This document shows positions 26,522-36,649 of a stretch of 50,475 nt of DNA, one piece after another. Numbering within the stretch: the first letter of the stretch is position 1; every line of letters begins with the position of its first letter. The notes beneath the pieces are model-generated. The model had not been told where the DNA came from, searched no databases, and saw only the letters and a list, made by a program, of their open reading frames with translations. The translations under genes and the position numbers were made by a program. Source of the DNA: a bacterium (GTDB lineage: Archaea; Thermoplasmatota; Thermoplasmata; Lutacidiplasmatales; UBA184); the NCBI GenBank assembly GCA_027309555.1, contig DAIDCO010000007.1, positions 1 to 50,475 on the forward strand, in the 5' to 3' direction.

Positions 26522-29500
26522 CTAACGGAAAGCGGAGGGAGGCGAGTCGGGCTCTCGCCGGCGCGCCGAGCGAATCAGCAAGGCGGACGTCACGGCGCCC
26601 GAGAGGGCCAACACGGTCGCGACCGTGGCCGCTTGAGCGAGGGCCGCGATGGGCGGGATCCCGAGGGCGCTCCCGGAGTGTACCGGGGTGAACTCGATGG
26701 TGAGGTTCGTCGCTCTTCCCGAGAGGAGGAGACTTCCGTTCGCCGGGTCCGGGGAAAAGTGATCGGGAGCGGAGACCGAGAACGTGTACGTGCCCACGGG
26801 CACGAGCAGGTCGACGTTCGAGGAATGGGCCACCCAGGAAGCCGTTCCGATGCGCACCGCCCAGTGGGCCCCGACGGGCAGTCCCCGGGCGATGACCCAA
26901 AGCGTACTGGCTCGCAGGAAGCGGATCGGGAAAGGAGCGGGAGCGGAGTCGTTGACCGTGAACCCTCCCCGATCGAGGGACCCGAAGAAACCGGGAATCG
27001 GAGTGACGTTGTACATGTATGCCCCGTGGCGCTCCTCGAGGACGAGCTCGGAGGTGGTAGACCCGTAGGTCACGTTCCGAAGCGAGATGGACCATTCGGT
27101 TCCCGTGGGGAGTCCGGACTCCTGCCAGACGACGGGAAACTCGGGGTCGGTGTCCGCGGCGGGAACGAAGTCGACCGCGACCGCCGCGGGGCTCCGACCC
27201 GCGACCGTGAACGACCCCGAGTACGGCCGGGCGGTGTAGTTAGAGCCAACCCCTACCGTGTACGCAAAGGACCCATTCGGCTCGGGGAGCGCGAGGTCCG
27301 CCCCCGTTCCGCTGATCGTCGAATCCCCTACGCGCACCGACCAGGGGTAGCCGATGGGGAGTCCATTCTCGGCGAACTCCACCATGTACCCTGAACGATT
27401 GCCACTCGCCGCCGAGAACGAAATCGGCACCCGGGCGCCCGAGCCTGCGATCAAGAGTTCGCCCCCCTGTGGGGCCGGAACATACCCCGGGACGGGTGCG
27501 ACGGAGTAGGCGTACGTCCCGTTGCCGGAGTACGCCGAGACGGTAGGGTTCGAGGAGAAGGAGGAGGAATCCCCCAGGGTGACGGACCAGTTCGTCCCTT
27601 GCGGAAGGCCAACCTCCTCGAATTGCACCCCGTACCCCGACGGCGCGAGCGTGAAGTTGATCGGGATCGGGTTGATGGGGGCGCCCTCGACAGTGAACGT
27701 CCCCTGGTCCGGAAGGGACGCGTAACGGCCGACGGGACCGACGGTAAAGGCGTGCGTTCCGTTCGCCGCGAGCGCGAGCAAGGAGCGTCCGTCTCCGGAG
27801 AAAACCTGCGACCCTACGTGCACGCTCCAGAGAGCGCCGGTCGGGAGTCCCGTTTCGGTGAAATTGACGACGTACCCAGTGGCGAACAACGCGGTCTCGT
27901 TCAGGGGTCCGTGGGGGATCAATGTGACCGAAGAGTTCGGACCAGTGTAATTTCCGCTTCCACCCCCCACCCATCCACGGGCGACCCAACCGGGGGCCGG
28001 AGCTGCGGTCAGCGTGACGGGGATACCGGCGTTCCACCACGCTACGTCGGGCCGGACCGACCCGCCGAAGCTCGGGCGGGCGGCGAGGTTCACGGAGTAC
28101 TGAAGGAAGTAGGGGACGCTGACGCTCGTCCCGTTCTGCCCCACCGTCACATACATCGGAGGCTCGGCTTGCCAACGCTCGTGCGGGCGGGCGAGCGGCG
28201 TTCCCGCGCCGGGCCCCGGAACGAGCCGATAGGTGCCGGGGGTCAGGTACTCCGAGATGCTGGTCGACGCGGAGGTGGACTCCCTCCCGCCGACGCCGAG
28301 GAACCATCGGGTTCCGTTCGCCAGTCCGCTCTCGGTGAACTGCACGGGGACCACCCGCGACGGTCGCTGTTCGAACAGCACGAGGCTGTTGGGGGGAAGC
28401 ACGTAGGACCCGGGCGCACCCGGAAAGTAGTTCGACACCGGCGCTTCGGTCGAGTTGTTGGACCAGCTCCACGCCGCGGTGGGCTCGGAAAGCGCGGCTC
28501 CCGGGAACGAGGGGGCAAACTGCACGCTCTGCGATAGGTTGGTGTTCACGACCAGGAGGTCGGAGCGGTTCCCGTCCGAGGGGTCGCGGGTCGCGACCCC
28601 GTAGAGGCCGGGAAAGCCGCCGGAGAACGAAACAGGGTACGCGTCCCGGCCCAGGTGGCTCAGGATGTCGCTCTGGAGTACGAAGAGCGGGCGCGCGTTC
28701 CCCGAGATAGCGAACCAAGAGTTGGCCGTATCGAGGACGGCGGCGAAGGCGTCCACATTGGTCAGATTGAAATCGATCGCTTGGGCCATTTGCGCCGCCA
28801 TGTACATGGCCCCCGGGAATCCGAGCGAATAGTGGTCCGCGTCGGGCCGCCCGGTGATCGCGCTTCCGATCTCAGTAAACGTGAGCGCGATCGGCCCGCA
28901 CGAGCCACAGCTTGCCGTCAGGTTGGCGATCAGCCCCTCGAGATACGGGACCCGTGCCGGGACGGAGAGGGAATTGGAAGGACTAAGGGTTGCATAGAAC
29001 TCGCTCAAGGTGTCGTTGGTCGGAGCGGGGTCGGGGTAGACGTGGATCGAGATCGCACTGATGTTGGGTCCGTCCACGGAGATCACGGCGGCGATCCACT
29101 TGCCGATCTCGTCGTTCGCCGGCGTCCGGCCGACGGCGGGGAGCCCGATGATGCGGGCCGTCGGGTCGACCTGCCGCATGCTCAACGTATAGTTATGGAC
29201 CTCCCAAGCGTACTCCATCGAGTTGGGCGCGGGCACCGTGGTGTTCCAGCTCCCCCACGGCTGGCGCCAGTGACTCCAGAATCCGGGCTCGTTACCGATC
29301 TCCCATGCCACGGGGTGGAGTCCGAGGACGTTCTCGGAGTAGTTCACGATCTGGGCGGCGATGGCGGGGTCGTCGATCTCGCCCGGTACCTGCAGGATCG
29401 GGGTACACCCTACCGAGCGACACCACTCCGCGAACGCAGCTTCCGAAGTCGGCGCGATCTCTGCAGCAGCGGCGCCCTTCCAGATCTGGTTCGTGAGCGG

Positions 29501-29854
29501 GTCGTAGGCATCTCCCATCGTGGCTCCCGGCCAGACCACGGTTCGCGCGGGGGTCGCCGCGACGGCCGCCGCCTCGTACGGGAGCAGCGGAGCGATCGGA
29601 GAGACCGTCGTCCCCCAGAACGTGGAGGCTAACTCGAACGGTGCGGGGGCGAAGGAAAGCGAGGCGCTTGGCGCGCTGGTCAGGGCCGGTTGTAGGAAGC
29701 CGACGGTCCGGTTCGGCTCGTCCCCTCGGGGCGAAAGGGCGAGGCTCCCGAACGAGGGCCCTTGAACCACGAGGGTGACGAGGACAGCGAGCGCGAAGAC
29801 GGTGGCCCCTCGGCGAAATCGTCCGTGCCGGACCGTAGAGTGGGCTCTGGCCAC
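26522..29854 (-). CDS. Surface-anchored clan GH-A glycoside hydrolase with about six surface repeats and a C-terminal TM helix
   Basis: Paralog of 22783-24270 (WCRSVxC, PxEIDDP, WExGNEP, IHVYP, FTEIG). Also GLP-x-G-x-x-W repeats and one InlB-B-repeat-like unit. GTG 29854 follows GGGGGT. Confidence 0.88.
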   Translation of the reverse strand: MARAHSTVRHGRFRRGATVFALAVLVTLVVQGPSFGSLALSPRGDEPNRTVGFLQPALTSAPSASLSFAPAPFELASTFWGTTVSPIAPLLPYEAAAVAATPARTVVWPGATMGDAYDPLTNQIWKGAAAAEIAPTSEAAFAEWCRSVGCTPILQVPGEIDDPAIAAQIVNYSENVLGLHPVAWEIGNEPGFWSHWRQPWGSWNTTVPAPNSMEYAWEVHNYTLSMRQVDPTARIIGLPAVGRTPANDEIGKWIAAVISVDGPNISAISIHVYPDPAPTNDTLSEFYATLSPSNSLSVPARVPYLEGLIANLTASCGSCGPIALTFTEIGSAITGRPDADHYSLGFPGAMYMAAQMAQAIDFNLTNVDAFAAVLDTANSWFAISGNARPLFVLQSDILSHLGRDAYPVSFSGGFPGLYGVATRDPSDGNRSDLLVVNTNLSQSVQFAPSFPGAALSEPTAAWSWSNNSTEAPVSNYFPGAPGSYVLPPNSLVLFEQRPSRVVPVQFTESGLANGTRWFLGVGGRESTSASTSISEYLTPGTYRLVPGPGAGTPLARPHERWQAEPPMYVTVGQNGTSVSVPYFLQYSVNLAARPSFGGSVRPDVAWWNAGIPVTLTAAPAPGWVARGWVGGGSGNYTGPNSSVTLIPHGPLNETALFATGYVVNFTETGLPTGALWSVHVGSQVFSGDGRSLLALAANGTHAFTVGPVGRYASLPDQGTFTVEGAPINPIPINFTLAPSGYGVQFEEVGLPQGTNWSVTLGDSSSFSSNPTVSAYSGNGTYAYSVAPVPGYVPAPQGGELLIAGSGARVPISFSAASGNRSGYMVEFAENGLPIGYPWSVRVGDSTISGTGADLALPEPNGSFAYTVGVGSNYTARPYSGSFTVAGRSPAAVAVDFVPAADTDPEFPVVWQESGLPTGTEWSISLRNVTYGSTTSELVLEERHGAYMYNVTPIPGFFGSLDRGGFTVNDSAPAPFPIRFLRASTLWVIARGLPVGAHWAVRIGTASWVAHSSNVDLLVPVGTYTFSVSAPDHFSPDPANGSLLLSGRATNLTIEFTPVHSGSALGIPPIAALAQAATVATVLALSGAVTSALLIRSARRREPDSPPSAFR

Positions 29855-29989
29855 TGTGCGATTACCCCCCTTCACCCGGCCCGTCCCTCGCCCACCGATG
29901 CGGAATCGCGCACTCGCGTCCAGGTAGTTATACATCGCGGAAGGCGCATGGCTAGGATTCGCGACGATTTGTGGGGAGGGGCTCGGTCC

Positions 29990-30712
29990 CTACGGGTGCC
30001 GGGTACCGACGCGGGCTTCCAGGGACAGACCGAGCTCGGTGAAACCCCGAGGGACCCACCAGACCACGCAACCGGGGAATCCACGGGAGTCGAGGTCGCC
30101 CCACGCGGCCCGCGCCTGGGGGACGTCGACCGTGTTCGGTAGTCCCGGACAGACCGTGACTTGGACGTGAGGTAAGGCGGTGCCAAAGTCTCGCTGGATC
30201 CGATCGATCGCATCTTTCCAGGCCCCCCTGCGGAGGGCGGCCTGAGTCTGGACACATATCTCGTCGGCCACGCCCCGAAACCGAGCGTAGTCCCACTCGT
30301 GGGCGGGGTTCAGCAGGGCTTGGCCAGTAAGGTAGGCGACCAAACGTAATCCCCGCGCGCGCGTGGTTTCGGTTGCCCGTGCGATGGAGGCGAGCGCCGC
30401 GGAGGGGTCGAAGCTAAACTCGGGCTCGTTCGGAAAGTTCGGCTCGTAGTCGTAGAAGATGCCCACCACCGGCGGTCCCACGGACGCGGCTAGGCGCTCG
30501 ACGTTGGCGAAACCGCTCGTGAACGCATAGATGCTCGCGTGAGGGTGGGCCGCTCCAAGCAGTTCCGCGAGCTCCCGGATCTTCGTCGGGTCCGCGACCC
30601 GGTCCACCCCCCCGGTGCTGATGGTGAGCCAGTCCCCGGGACGAACGAGCCCCGGGTGGTCGATCAGCATCTGAACCGTCTCGCGATTTGTCACCGGGAT
30701 CACGGCTCGCAT
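29990..30712 (-). CDS. Hypothetical protein, possible small TIM-barrel glycoside-hydrolase-like enzyme
   Basis: Alternating beta/alpha pattern with GIFYDYEP, WDY, ADEICVQTQ and terminal VVWW. No signal peptide. Start reassigned to ATG 30712. Confidence 0.7.
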   Translation of the reverse strand: MRAVIPVTNRETVQMLIDHPGLVRPGDWLTISTGGVDRVADPTKIRELAELLGAAHPHASIYAFTSGFANVERLAASVGPPVVGIFYDYEPNFPNEPEFSFDPSAALASIARATETTRARGLRLVAYLTGQALLNPAHEWDYARFRGVADEICVQTQAALRRGAWKDAIDRIQRDFGTALPHVQVTVCPGLPNTVDVPQARAAWGDLDSRGFPGCVVWWVPRGFTELGLSLEARVGTRHP

Positions 30713-30949
30713 CGAACGCACTCCATCGAACGCATCCCGCCCGGGCGAGCCCCAGTCTCGGACCGCTATAGGCCTAGCTGCCGTCCCGAGGCTCGAAGCG
30801 AACGTTCTCCCTTGGCGCGCACCCGTCCCTTGGGTCGGGTCCCGCGAGCGGATCGCCCAACGACGCGGTTTCGGGGGGAAGCCACGCCCGACTCGACGTG
30901 GGGAGATTCCGAACCGTGAAGAGGGCCGGGCGGTTCGGTGGCCATCGCG

Positions 30950-31915
30950 ATGCGGATCCTCGTATTCGACGAACTCAGCGCGGCTCTCGACCTCGATCGC
31001 AGCTTGGTCCACCTCGCGGCGTTCGGAGGAACGTTCCCCCGCGCCGCGGTGGAGCTCTTGCGGCGTCGAACGAAGAGCTTCGCTGACTACGTGGGGGTCT
31101 TTGCGGTCGAGCGGAACCAGGTCCTGGGCCAGGTCTTCGTGCTCCGGATCCCGTACGCGTTTCGAGACGGTCCCGACACACTGAGCGGTATCGCGGCCGT
31201 CGGGACGCGCCCCGATCATGGCCGCGGGGGCATCGCCCGAACGCTGATGATGGAAGTCCATCGACGCGAGCGCGACTCCGGCATCCGCTATTCGGCGCTG
31301 TGGACCAATCGCTCTTGGGGGGCCCACGGACTCTACGAGAAGCTCGGCTACCGTGACGTCTATTCGTCGCCCTGGGCCGTGCATGCCTCGGCCTCACGAG
31401 CTTCTCGCCGCGCGCCTCCCCGAGGGGTCGGGGCGGGCCGTACGAGCGACCTCGAGGGAATCGACCGGTTGCACGATGCCCTGGCGGCGCACCGGCTCGG
31501 GTACTTCCGACGACCGCACGGATTCTCGCTCGCAGAAGTTCGTTGGGGCGGGATCGACCCCGGGTCGAACCTCCTCGTCGCGCGGCGAGGTAAGGACCTA
31601 GCGGGGTACGCCCAGCTCGACCGCAGCCCTCGCCGCGTGATCTGCGGGGAGCTCGTAGCGCGTTCGGAGTCGATCCGCCGGGCGCTCGTGGCGGAGGTCG
31701 GCCGGTCCGCACGGGGCGTGCCCTACGCGTTCCAGCATACGCCCGTCACCGATTCCCCCGCGCTCTTCCGAGGGCCGAACTACGTCGCCGCCCCCCTGGG
31801 GTGGTATGGCATGATGGGAAACGCCCTAGGTCGCGAGTGGTCCCGACGCGAGGCGGTGGCCGAGTTCGCGACCGAGGACCCCCGATTCATTTGTCTCGCC
31901 GCGGATCGATTCTAG
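30950..31915 (+). CDS. GNAT N-acetyltransferase (Eis-like, tandem GNAT)
   Basis: Acetyl-CoA motif VGTRPDHGRGGIARTLM and GLYEKLGY; a second degenerate GNAT repeat follows. Confidence 0.88.
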   Translation: MRILVFDELSAALDLDRSLVHLAAFGGTFPRAAVELLRRRTKSFADYVGVFAVERNQVLGQVFVLRIPYAFRDGPDTLSGIAAVGTRPDHGRGGIARTLMMEVHRRERDSGIRYSALWTNRSWGAHGLYEKLGYRDVYSSPWAVHASASRASRRAPPRGVGAGRTSDLEGIDRLHDALAAHRLGYFRRPHGFSLAEVRWGGIDPGSNLLVARRGKDLAGYAQLDRSPRRVICGELVARSESIRRALVAEVGRSARGVPYAFQHTPVTDSPALFRGPNYVAAPLGWYGMMGNALGREWSRREAVAEFATEDPRFICLAADRF

Positions 31916-32126
31916 AGCGCGCGACGGTCTGCGACCTCGGACCCATCGGGGGACGTCCTCCATCCCCCGTGAGGTAGCGGACCGCCCTGACGCGCTCCGG
32001 GCGGGGCGCGGCACGGTCCGACCGCGCCGATCAACGCGGACCTCTCGCGAGCCGTTCGCCGGCGCCCCACTCCCGCCGCGCGGGTCTCCATATACCCAAT
32101 GGGGCTGGGCGACTCCGGAACCGGAC

Positions 32127-32804
32127 ATGGCCGAGACGGTAGTGGCGGGGCGTGACGTCTGGAAAGTGTACGGCTCGGGGGACATGGCCGTGCCGGCACT
32201 GCAGGGCATCGACGTCGACATCTATCGAGGGGAGATCCTCGCGATCATGGGTCCGTCGGGGTGTGGAAAGACGACCTTCCTCAACTGCTTCAGCGGGCTC
32301 GACGACATCTCTCGGGGCAGCGTCACGGTCGAGGGGACCGACATCCACTCGATGCCCGACACGAAGAAGAGCGAGTATCGCGCCCGGCGCACCGGGTTCG
32401 TGTTTCAGTCCTACAACCTGCTACCGATCCTCTCCGCCGAGGAGAACGTGGAAATGCCGCTCCTGATCGGCGGCCGGTCCGCGAAGGAAGCGCGGTCCGA
32501 AGCGCGATCGATCCTGACCGAGATGGGACTCGGAGACCGTCTTACGCACCGACCGGCCGAGCTCTCGGGGGGTCAGCAGCAGCGAGTCTCGCTGGCCCGC
32601 GCGCTCGTCGCGCATCCGGCGATCGTCTGGGCCGACGAGCCCACGGGAAACCTCGACGCCGAGGGGTCCCGCCAGGTCGCCACCGTGCTACGGCAGCTGA
32701 ACGGTCAGTTCCACCAGACGATGGTTGTTGTGACCCACGATGCGGATGTTGCGGCCGCGTGCGACCGGACGCTTCACATGCGCGACGGCCGGTTCCTCCC
32801 CTGA
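32127..32804 (+). CDS. ABC transporter ATP-binding protein (LolD/MacB-like)
   Basis: GPSGCGKT, GFVFQSYNL, LSGGQQQR, ADEPTGNLD and VTHD. Confidence 0.96.
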   Translation: MAETVVAGRDVWKVYGSGDMAVPALQGIDVDIYRGEILAIMGPSGCGKTTFLNCFSGLDDISRGSVTVEGTDIHSMPDTKKSEYRARRTGFVFQSYNLLPILSAEENVEMPLLIGGRSAKEARSEARSILTEMGLGDRLTHRPAELSGGQQQRVSLARALVAHPAIVWADEPTGNLDAEGSRQVATVLRQLNGQFHQTMVVVTHDADVAAACDRTLHMRDGRFLP

Positions 32805-32815
32805 GGTGGCTCGGG

Positions 32816-35770
32816 ATGGTAAGCTCCCTTGTGGCGGGCCTCCTGCTGATCCTGGTCGCGGTCGCCGCGGTCACCGCCCTCCTGTCGATCCGCCACCGGC
32901 TCGCGTTCCGCATCGCCCTGCGCAATGTCCGTCGGGGTCGGGCCCGAACCGCGCTGCTCATCGCGGGCCTCCTGGTCGGAACCACGATCATTTCGGGGAG
33001 TCTCGTGGTCGGAGACACCGTCCAACAGCTCTCGTTCCACTACACCTACCTCGGTGCGGGGTACGTCGACGAGGCCATCGCAGGGTCTTCGAGCTCGGGC
33101 GGATTGTCGTACTTCCCGTATGCGGTGTACGGCCAAACGGTCACGGCGATCGGCGCGGACACGTCGATCGCGGGCGTCGCTCCCGAGATCGTGGACGCCG
33201 CATCGGCGTACGACCGGAATAGTGGGATCCCCGAGACGAATCTCAACCTCATCGGCGTGAACGCCAACCAAAGCACCGCGCTCGGCCCGTTCGTGGCGGA
33301 CAACGGCAGCCAGCTCTCGGGTCCCGTTCCGGGCGGCGTGCTCCTCGACGACCAGGCGGCGTCCGCCCTCAACGCTACGACCGGGGACTCGCTCGTCGTC
33401 TACGCGCAGAACGTGGTCGCGCTTCGGGTCCAGGCGATCGTTCAGGACAATGTGCGGGGGGCCTTCATCACGGGGGGGATCCAGCCGGGCAACCTCTTCG
33501 TCTCGCTCTCCACCGCCCAGCGGCTCGAGAACGCCACGGGGGCTATCAACTACATCGCCATCACGAACTCAGGCTCGCAGGCTGCGGGGGCTTCGGCGTC
33601 TCCGGCCGTGGCGGCATCCCTCAACTCGACCCTGGCCGGGGTCCTCGCCCCGTACGGGCTGTCGATCACCACGCCGCTCGAGACCGGGCTCAACCAAGCG
33701 ACGCAGAGCAGCCAGAGCACCCTGACGATCTTCCTCGTGCTCGGATTGTTCTCGATCGTCGCGGGCGCGATGCTGATCCTCGGCATCTTCGTGATGCTCG
33801 CCGAGGAGCGAAAGGGGGAGATGGGCATGCTCCGGGCCATCGGCATGCGTCGGAGGGAGCTCGTCTACACCTACTACTTCGAGGGAGTGGCCTATGCGGC
33901 CGGCAGCGCGGCCGCGGGCACCTTCCTTGGGGTCGCGGTCGGGTACCTCCTCGCCTATCTTGCGGGCTTCATCCTCACGAACCAGGGCCTACCTGCGAAT
34001 GCGATCCTTGAGTCGTTCACGGTCTCGGGGGAGAGCCTCGCCATCGCCTATGTCGCCGGTTTCCTGCTGACGCTCGGGACCGTCCTCGTCGCCTCTCGCC
34101 GATCGAGCCGTCTCAATATCGTGCGAGCCATCCGGGACGTACCCGAGCCTCCCCCCCCGGTCCGTACGTACACGTTCCTCGCCTACCTCGGAGCCGGGCT
34201 GCTCCTCCTTGGACTCTTCGGATTCCTCGAGACCTATCGGGGGACCACCGACCTTTCCTATCCGATCCTCACGGGTTCGATGGTCATTTTGGGGGTCGGA
34301 CTCGTTGCCGCCCGTTTCCTCCGAAATCGGCTCGTGTTCAGTTCGGTGGGCGTGGCCCTTCTCCTCTGGGCGGGCTGGGAGCCCCTCCACTCCTATCTTT
34401 TTGGCACCGCGCACGGCGGAGGGATCTTCATCGTCTTCGTCGAGGGGATCCTGATGGTGGGCGGGGTCCTCCTCGTTTTCGTCTTCAACGCGCGCTACGT
34501 TCCGTCGGTGCTACGTCGACTGCTCGGAACGCGCGTCGACTCGAGTCCGGTGGTTCGCATCGGCCTTGACTACCCCACCCGCCAGCCGACCCGCACCGTC
34601 GTGAGCCTCACCATCTTCGCACTCGTCATCTTCACGATGGTCGCCACCGCCGCCTTCGGCTCCACCCTCCAGGGTAATCTCAACTACGCGGTCGCGAACC
34701 AGTCGGGCGGCTACAGTTTCTTTGGCGGTTCCCAGACGCCCCTCCCGAACCTCTGGGGAGAGATCGCGAACAACTCGACCCTCTCCGCTCTGTTCACGAA
34801 CGCGGTCGGTCTCACCGCGGGCGTGGTGAACGTCGACGTACCGGGCTACTCGGCGAACCCTTACTCCGACCGGTTGTACTCCGCGCCGGTTCGCCCGGCG
34901 GGGCCGACCGATTTCTACTCGACGAACGGGTTCTCGTTCGCCTCCACCCTCGACGGGCGGAGCGCAGCCGCCACGTTCCAGGAACTCGCGACCAACCGCT
35001 CCGTGGCCGTGGTCGACGACTCCTACGCGCCCGCGACTTCCTCCGTCTCCGGGGGCTCCGGGGGGCCCCATCCCACCCTCTCGGCGGGGACGACGATCTC
35101 GGTCGCGTCGCTCCGAGGGAATGCGGCCGTGAGCGTGACGGTGATCGGCATCCTGACCGAGTCGATCGTCTCCGGCGTCTGGCTGAACCCGCTCGCCGCC
35201 TCGGCGCTCGGCTACACGAACGAGACCGCGTACTTCCTCACGGTCGCCCCCGGGGTCTCCACGACCCACGCCTCGCAGGAGCTGAAGCGCGCGTTCTTTG
35301 CGGCGGGGCTCGTCCTTTTCGACCTCCGGGGCCTGCTCGCCAGCTCGATCAACACCACGGAGGGGTTCATCGGGCTCCTCGAGATCTTCGTCGGCCTGGG
35401 GCTCGCGGTCGGCGTTGCCGCGATGGGGATCCTGGCCCTACGGGCCGTGGTGGAGCGGCGGCGGGAGATCGGCATGTTGCGGGCGTCCGGCTTCACCCAG
35501 CGGATGGTCCTCCGGGCGTTCGTCCTCGAGTACTCGTTCGTGACGCTGCTCGGGGTGGGGATCGGCGTCGTGCTCGGCCTGCTCATCGTCTACAATCTGA
35601 CGACCAGCCCGAGCGCCTCGGCCGCGGGCATCCAGACCTTCGTCGCGCCGTGGCCTACGGTCGGGGAGATCGCGATCGTGGCGTACGGGTTGGTGTTGGT
35701 GGCGATCGCAGGGCCCTCCCTGCGGGCCGCGCGTCTTCCTCCGGCGGAAGCGGTTCGCGCGACGGAGTGA
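32816..35770 (+). CDS. FtsX/MacB-type ABC permease with duplicated permease domains
   Basis: Two ER(K/R)xE(M/I)GMLRA motifs, two large extracytoplasmic loops and terminal PAEAVR. ATG 32816 follows GAGGTGG. Confidence 0.93.
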   Translation: MVSSLVAGLLLILVAVAAVTALLSIRHRLAFRIALRNVRRGRARTALLIAGLLVGTTIISGSLVVGDTVQQLSFHYTYLGAGYVDEAIAGSSSSGGLSYFPYAVYGQTVTAIGADTSIAGVAPEIVDAASAYDRNSGIPETNLNLIGVNANQSTALGPFVADNGSQLSGPVPGGVLLDDQAASALNATTGDSLVVYAQNVVALRVQAIVQDNVRGAFITGGIQPGNLFVSLSTAQRLENATGAINYIAITNSGSQAAGASASPAVAASLNSTLAGVLAPYGLSITTPLETGLNQATQSSQSTLTIFLVLGLFSIVAGAMLILGIFVMLAEERKGEMGMLRAIGMRRRELVYTYYFEGVAYAAGSAAAGTFLGVAVGYLLAYLAGFILTNQGLPANAILESFTVSGESLAIAYVAGFLLTLGTVLVASRRSSRLNIVRAIRDVPEPPPPVRTYTFLAYLGAGLLLLGLFGFLETYRGTTDLSYPILTGSMVILGVGLVAARFLRNRLVFSSVGVALLLWAGWEPLHSYLFGTAHGGGIFIVFVEGILMVGGVLLVFVFNARYVPSVLRRLLGTRVDSSPVVRIGLDYPTRQPTRTVVSLTIFALVIFTMVATAAFGSTLQGNLNYAVANQSGGYSFFGGSQTPLPNLWGEIANNSTLSALFTNAVGLTAGVVNVDVPGYSANPYSDRLYSAPVRPAGPTDFYSTNGFSFASTLDGRSAAATFQELATNRSVAVVDDSYAPATSSVSGGSGGPHPTLSAGTTISVASLRGNAAVSVTVIGILTESIVSGVWLNPLAASALGYTNETAYFLTVAPGVSTTHASQELKRAFFAAGLVLFDLRGLLASSINTTEGFIGLLEIFVGLGLAVGVAAMGILALRAVVERRREIGMLRASGFTQRMVLRAFVLEYSFVTLLGVGIGVVLGLLIVYNLTTSPSASAAGIQTFVAPWPTVGEIAIVAYGLVLVAIAGPSLRAARLPPAEAVRATE

Positions 35771-35881
35771 AGGTTCCGGTCCTCGCGCTCGACCTCTTCC
35801 GCTGCCGGGTCATCGCCCCCGCCGGCCCCCCCCCACGACCCGGCGTCCGTCCCACGGGTAGGGGACGAGCGGTGCACCGGT

Positions 35882-36649
35882 TCACTCGTACGAGAGGTCC
35901 GAGCGCATGTACGATCGCACGGCGAGAAACAGGACCGCCCCGGTCTCCGCGAGGAGGACGAGGAGCTGGAACCCGTCGATCGCGGAGAAGGTGCCCAGAT
36001 ACGCTCCGCGTACCGCGTCCGAGACGTACGTGAGGGGATTCACCTCGAAGAGGATCCGGAGGGCGAGGGGAAGCCCGCTCGAAAGCGGGTAGAAGACCGT
36101 GCTCGCAAAGTTCACGACAAAGATCAGCAAGATCTGTACGCTGTTGTAGGCGGTGTTCGACTTCAACATCGCGGCAAGGAGCAGCATGAGGGCCCCGAAG
36201 AAGATCGAGCCGACCGTGATCGACCCGAAGATCACCGCGAGCGCGAGCGGTTGGATCGGGACGGACCCGAGGAGCGCGTCCGCGATCCCGAGCATGACGA
36301 GTGCGCCCCCCAGACCGAAGAGCAACGAGGTCAGCATGATGCCGAGGAGGTACTCGAGTCGCGTGAACGGGCCCGAGAGGAGCTGCGAGAGCATCCCCCA
36401 GCGTCGGTCGGCCCAGAGGATGCCGCCGCCGACCGTGCCCGCCATGACGACCTGGAACGCCATGATGCCGGGGGTGAGGAACGAGAGGTAGCTCGTGCCG
36501 GGTTGACTCGAGGACGCGAGGGACGCAAACCCGAAGCCGAAGAAGACGAGGTACATCCCGGGGAGCCCGATCAGGATGACCAGGCTCCCCGGGTCGGTGT
36601 TGACCGCCATATTGCGGTAGATGAGCCGCAGGAGGTTAGGCAGTGCCAT
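35882..36649 (-). CDS. ABC-2 type exporter permease
   Basis: YLSFLTPGI, DRRWG, FASTVFYP and NPLTYVSDAVR; six TM helices. ATG follows GGAGGTGA. Confidence 0.92.
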   Translation of the reverse strand: MALPNLLRLIYRNMAVNTDPGSLVILIGLPGMYLVFFGFGFASLASSSQPGTSYLSFLTPGIMAFQVVMAGTVGGGILWADRRWGMLSQLLSGPFTRLEYLLGIMLTSLLFGLGGALVMLGIADALLGSVPIQPLALAVIFGSITVGSIFFGALMLLLAAMLKSNTAYNSVQILLIFVVNFASTVFYPLSSGLPLALRILFEVNPLTYVSDAVRGAYLGTFSAIDGFQLLVLLAETGAVLFLAVRSYMRSDLSYE

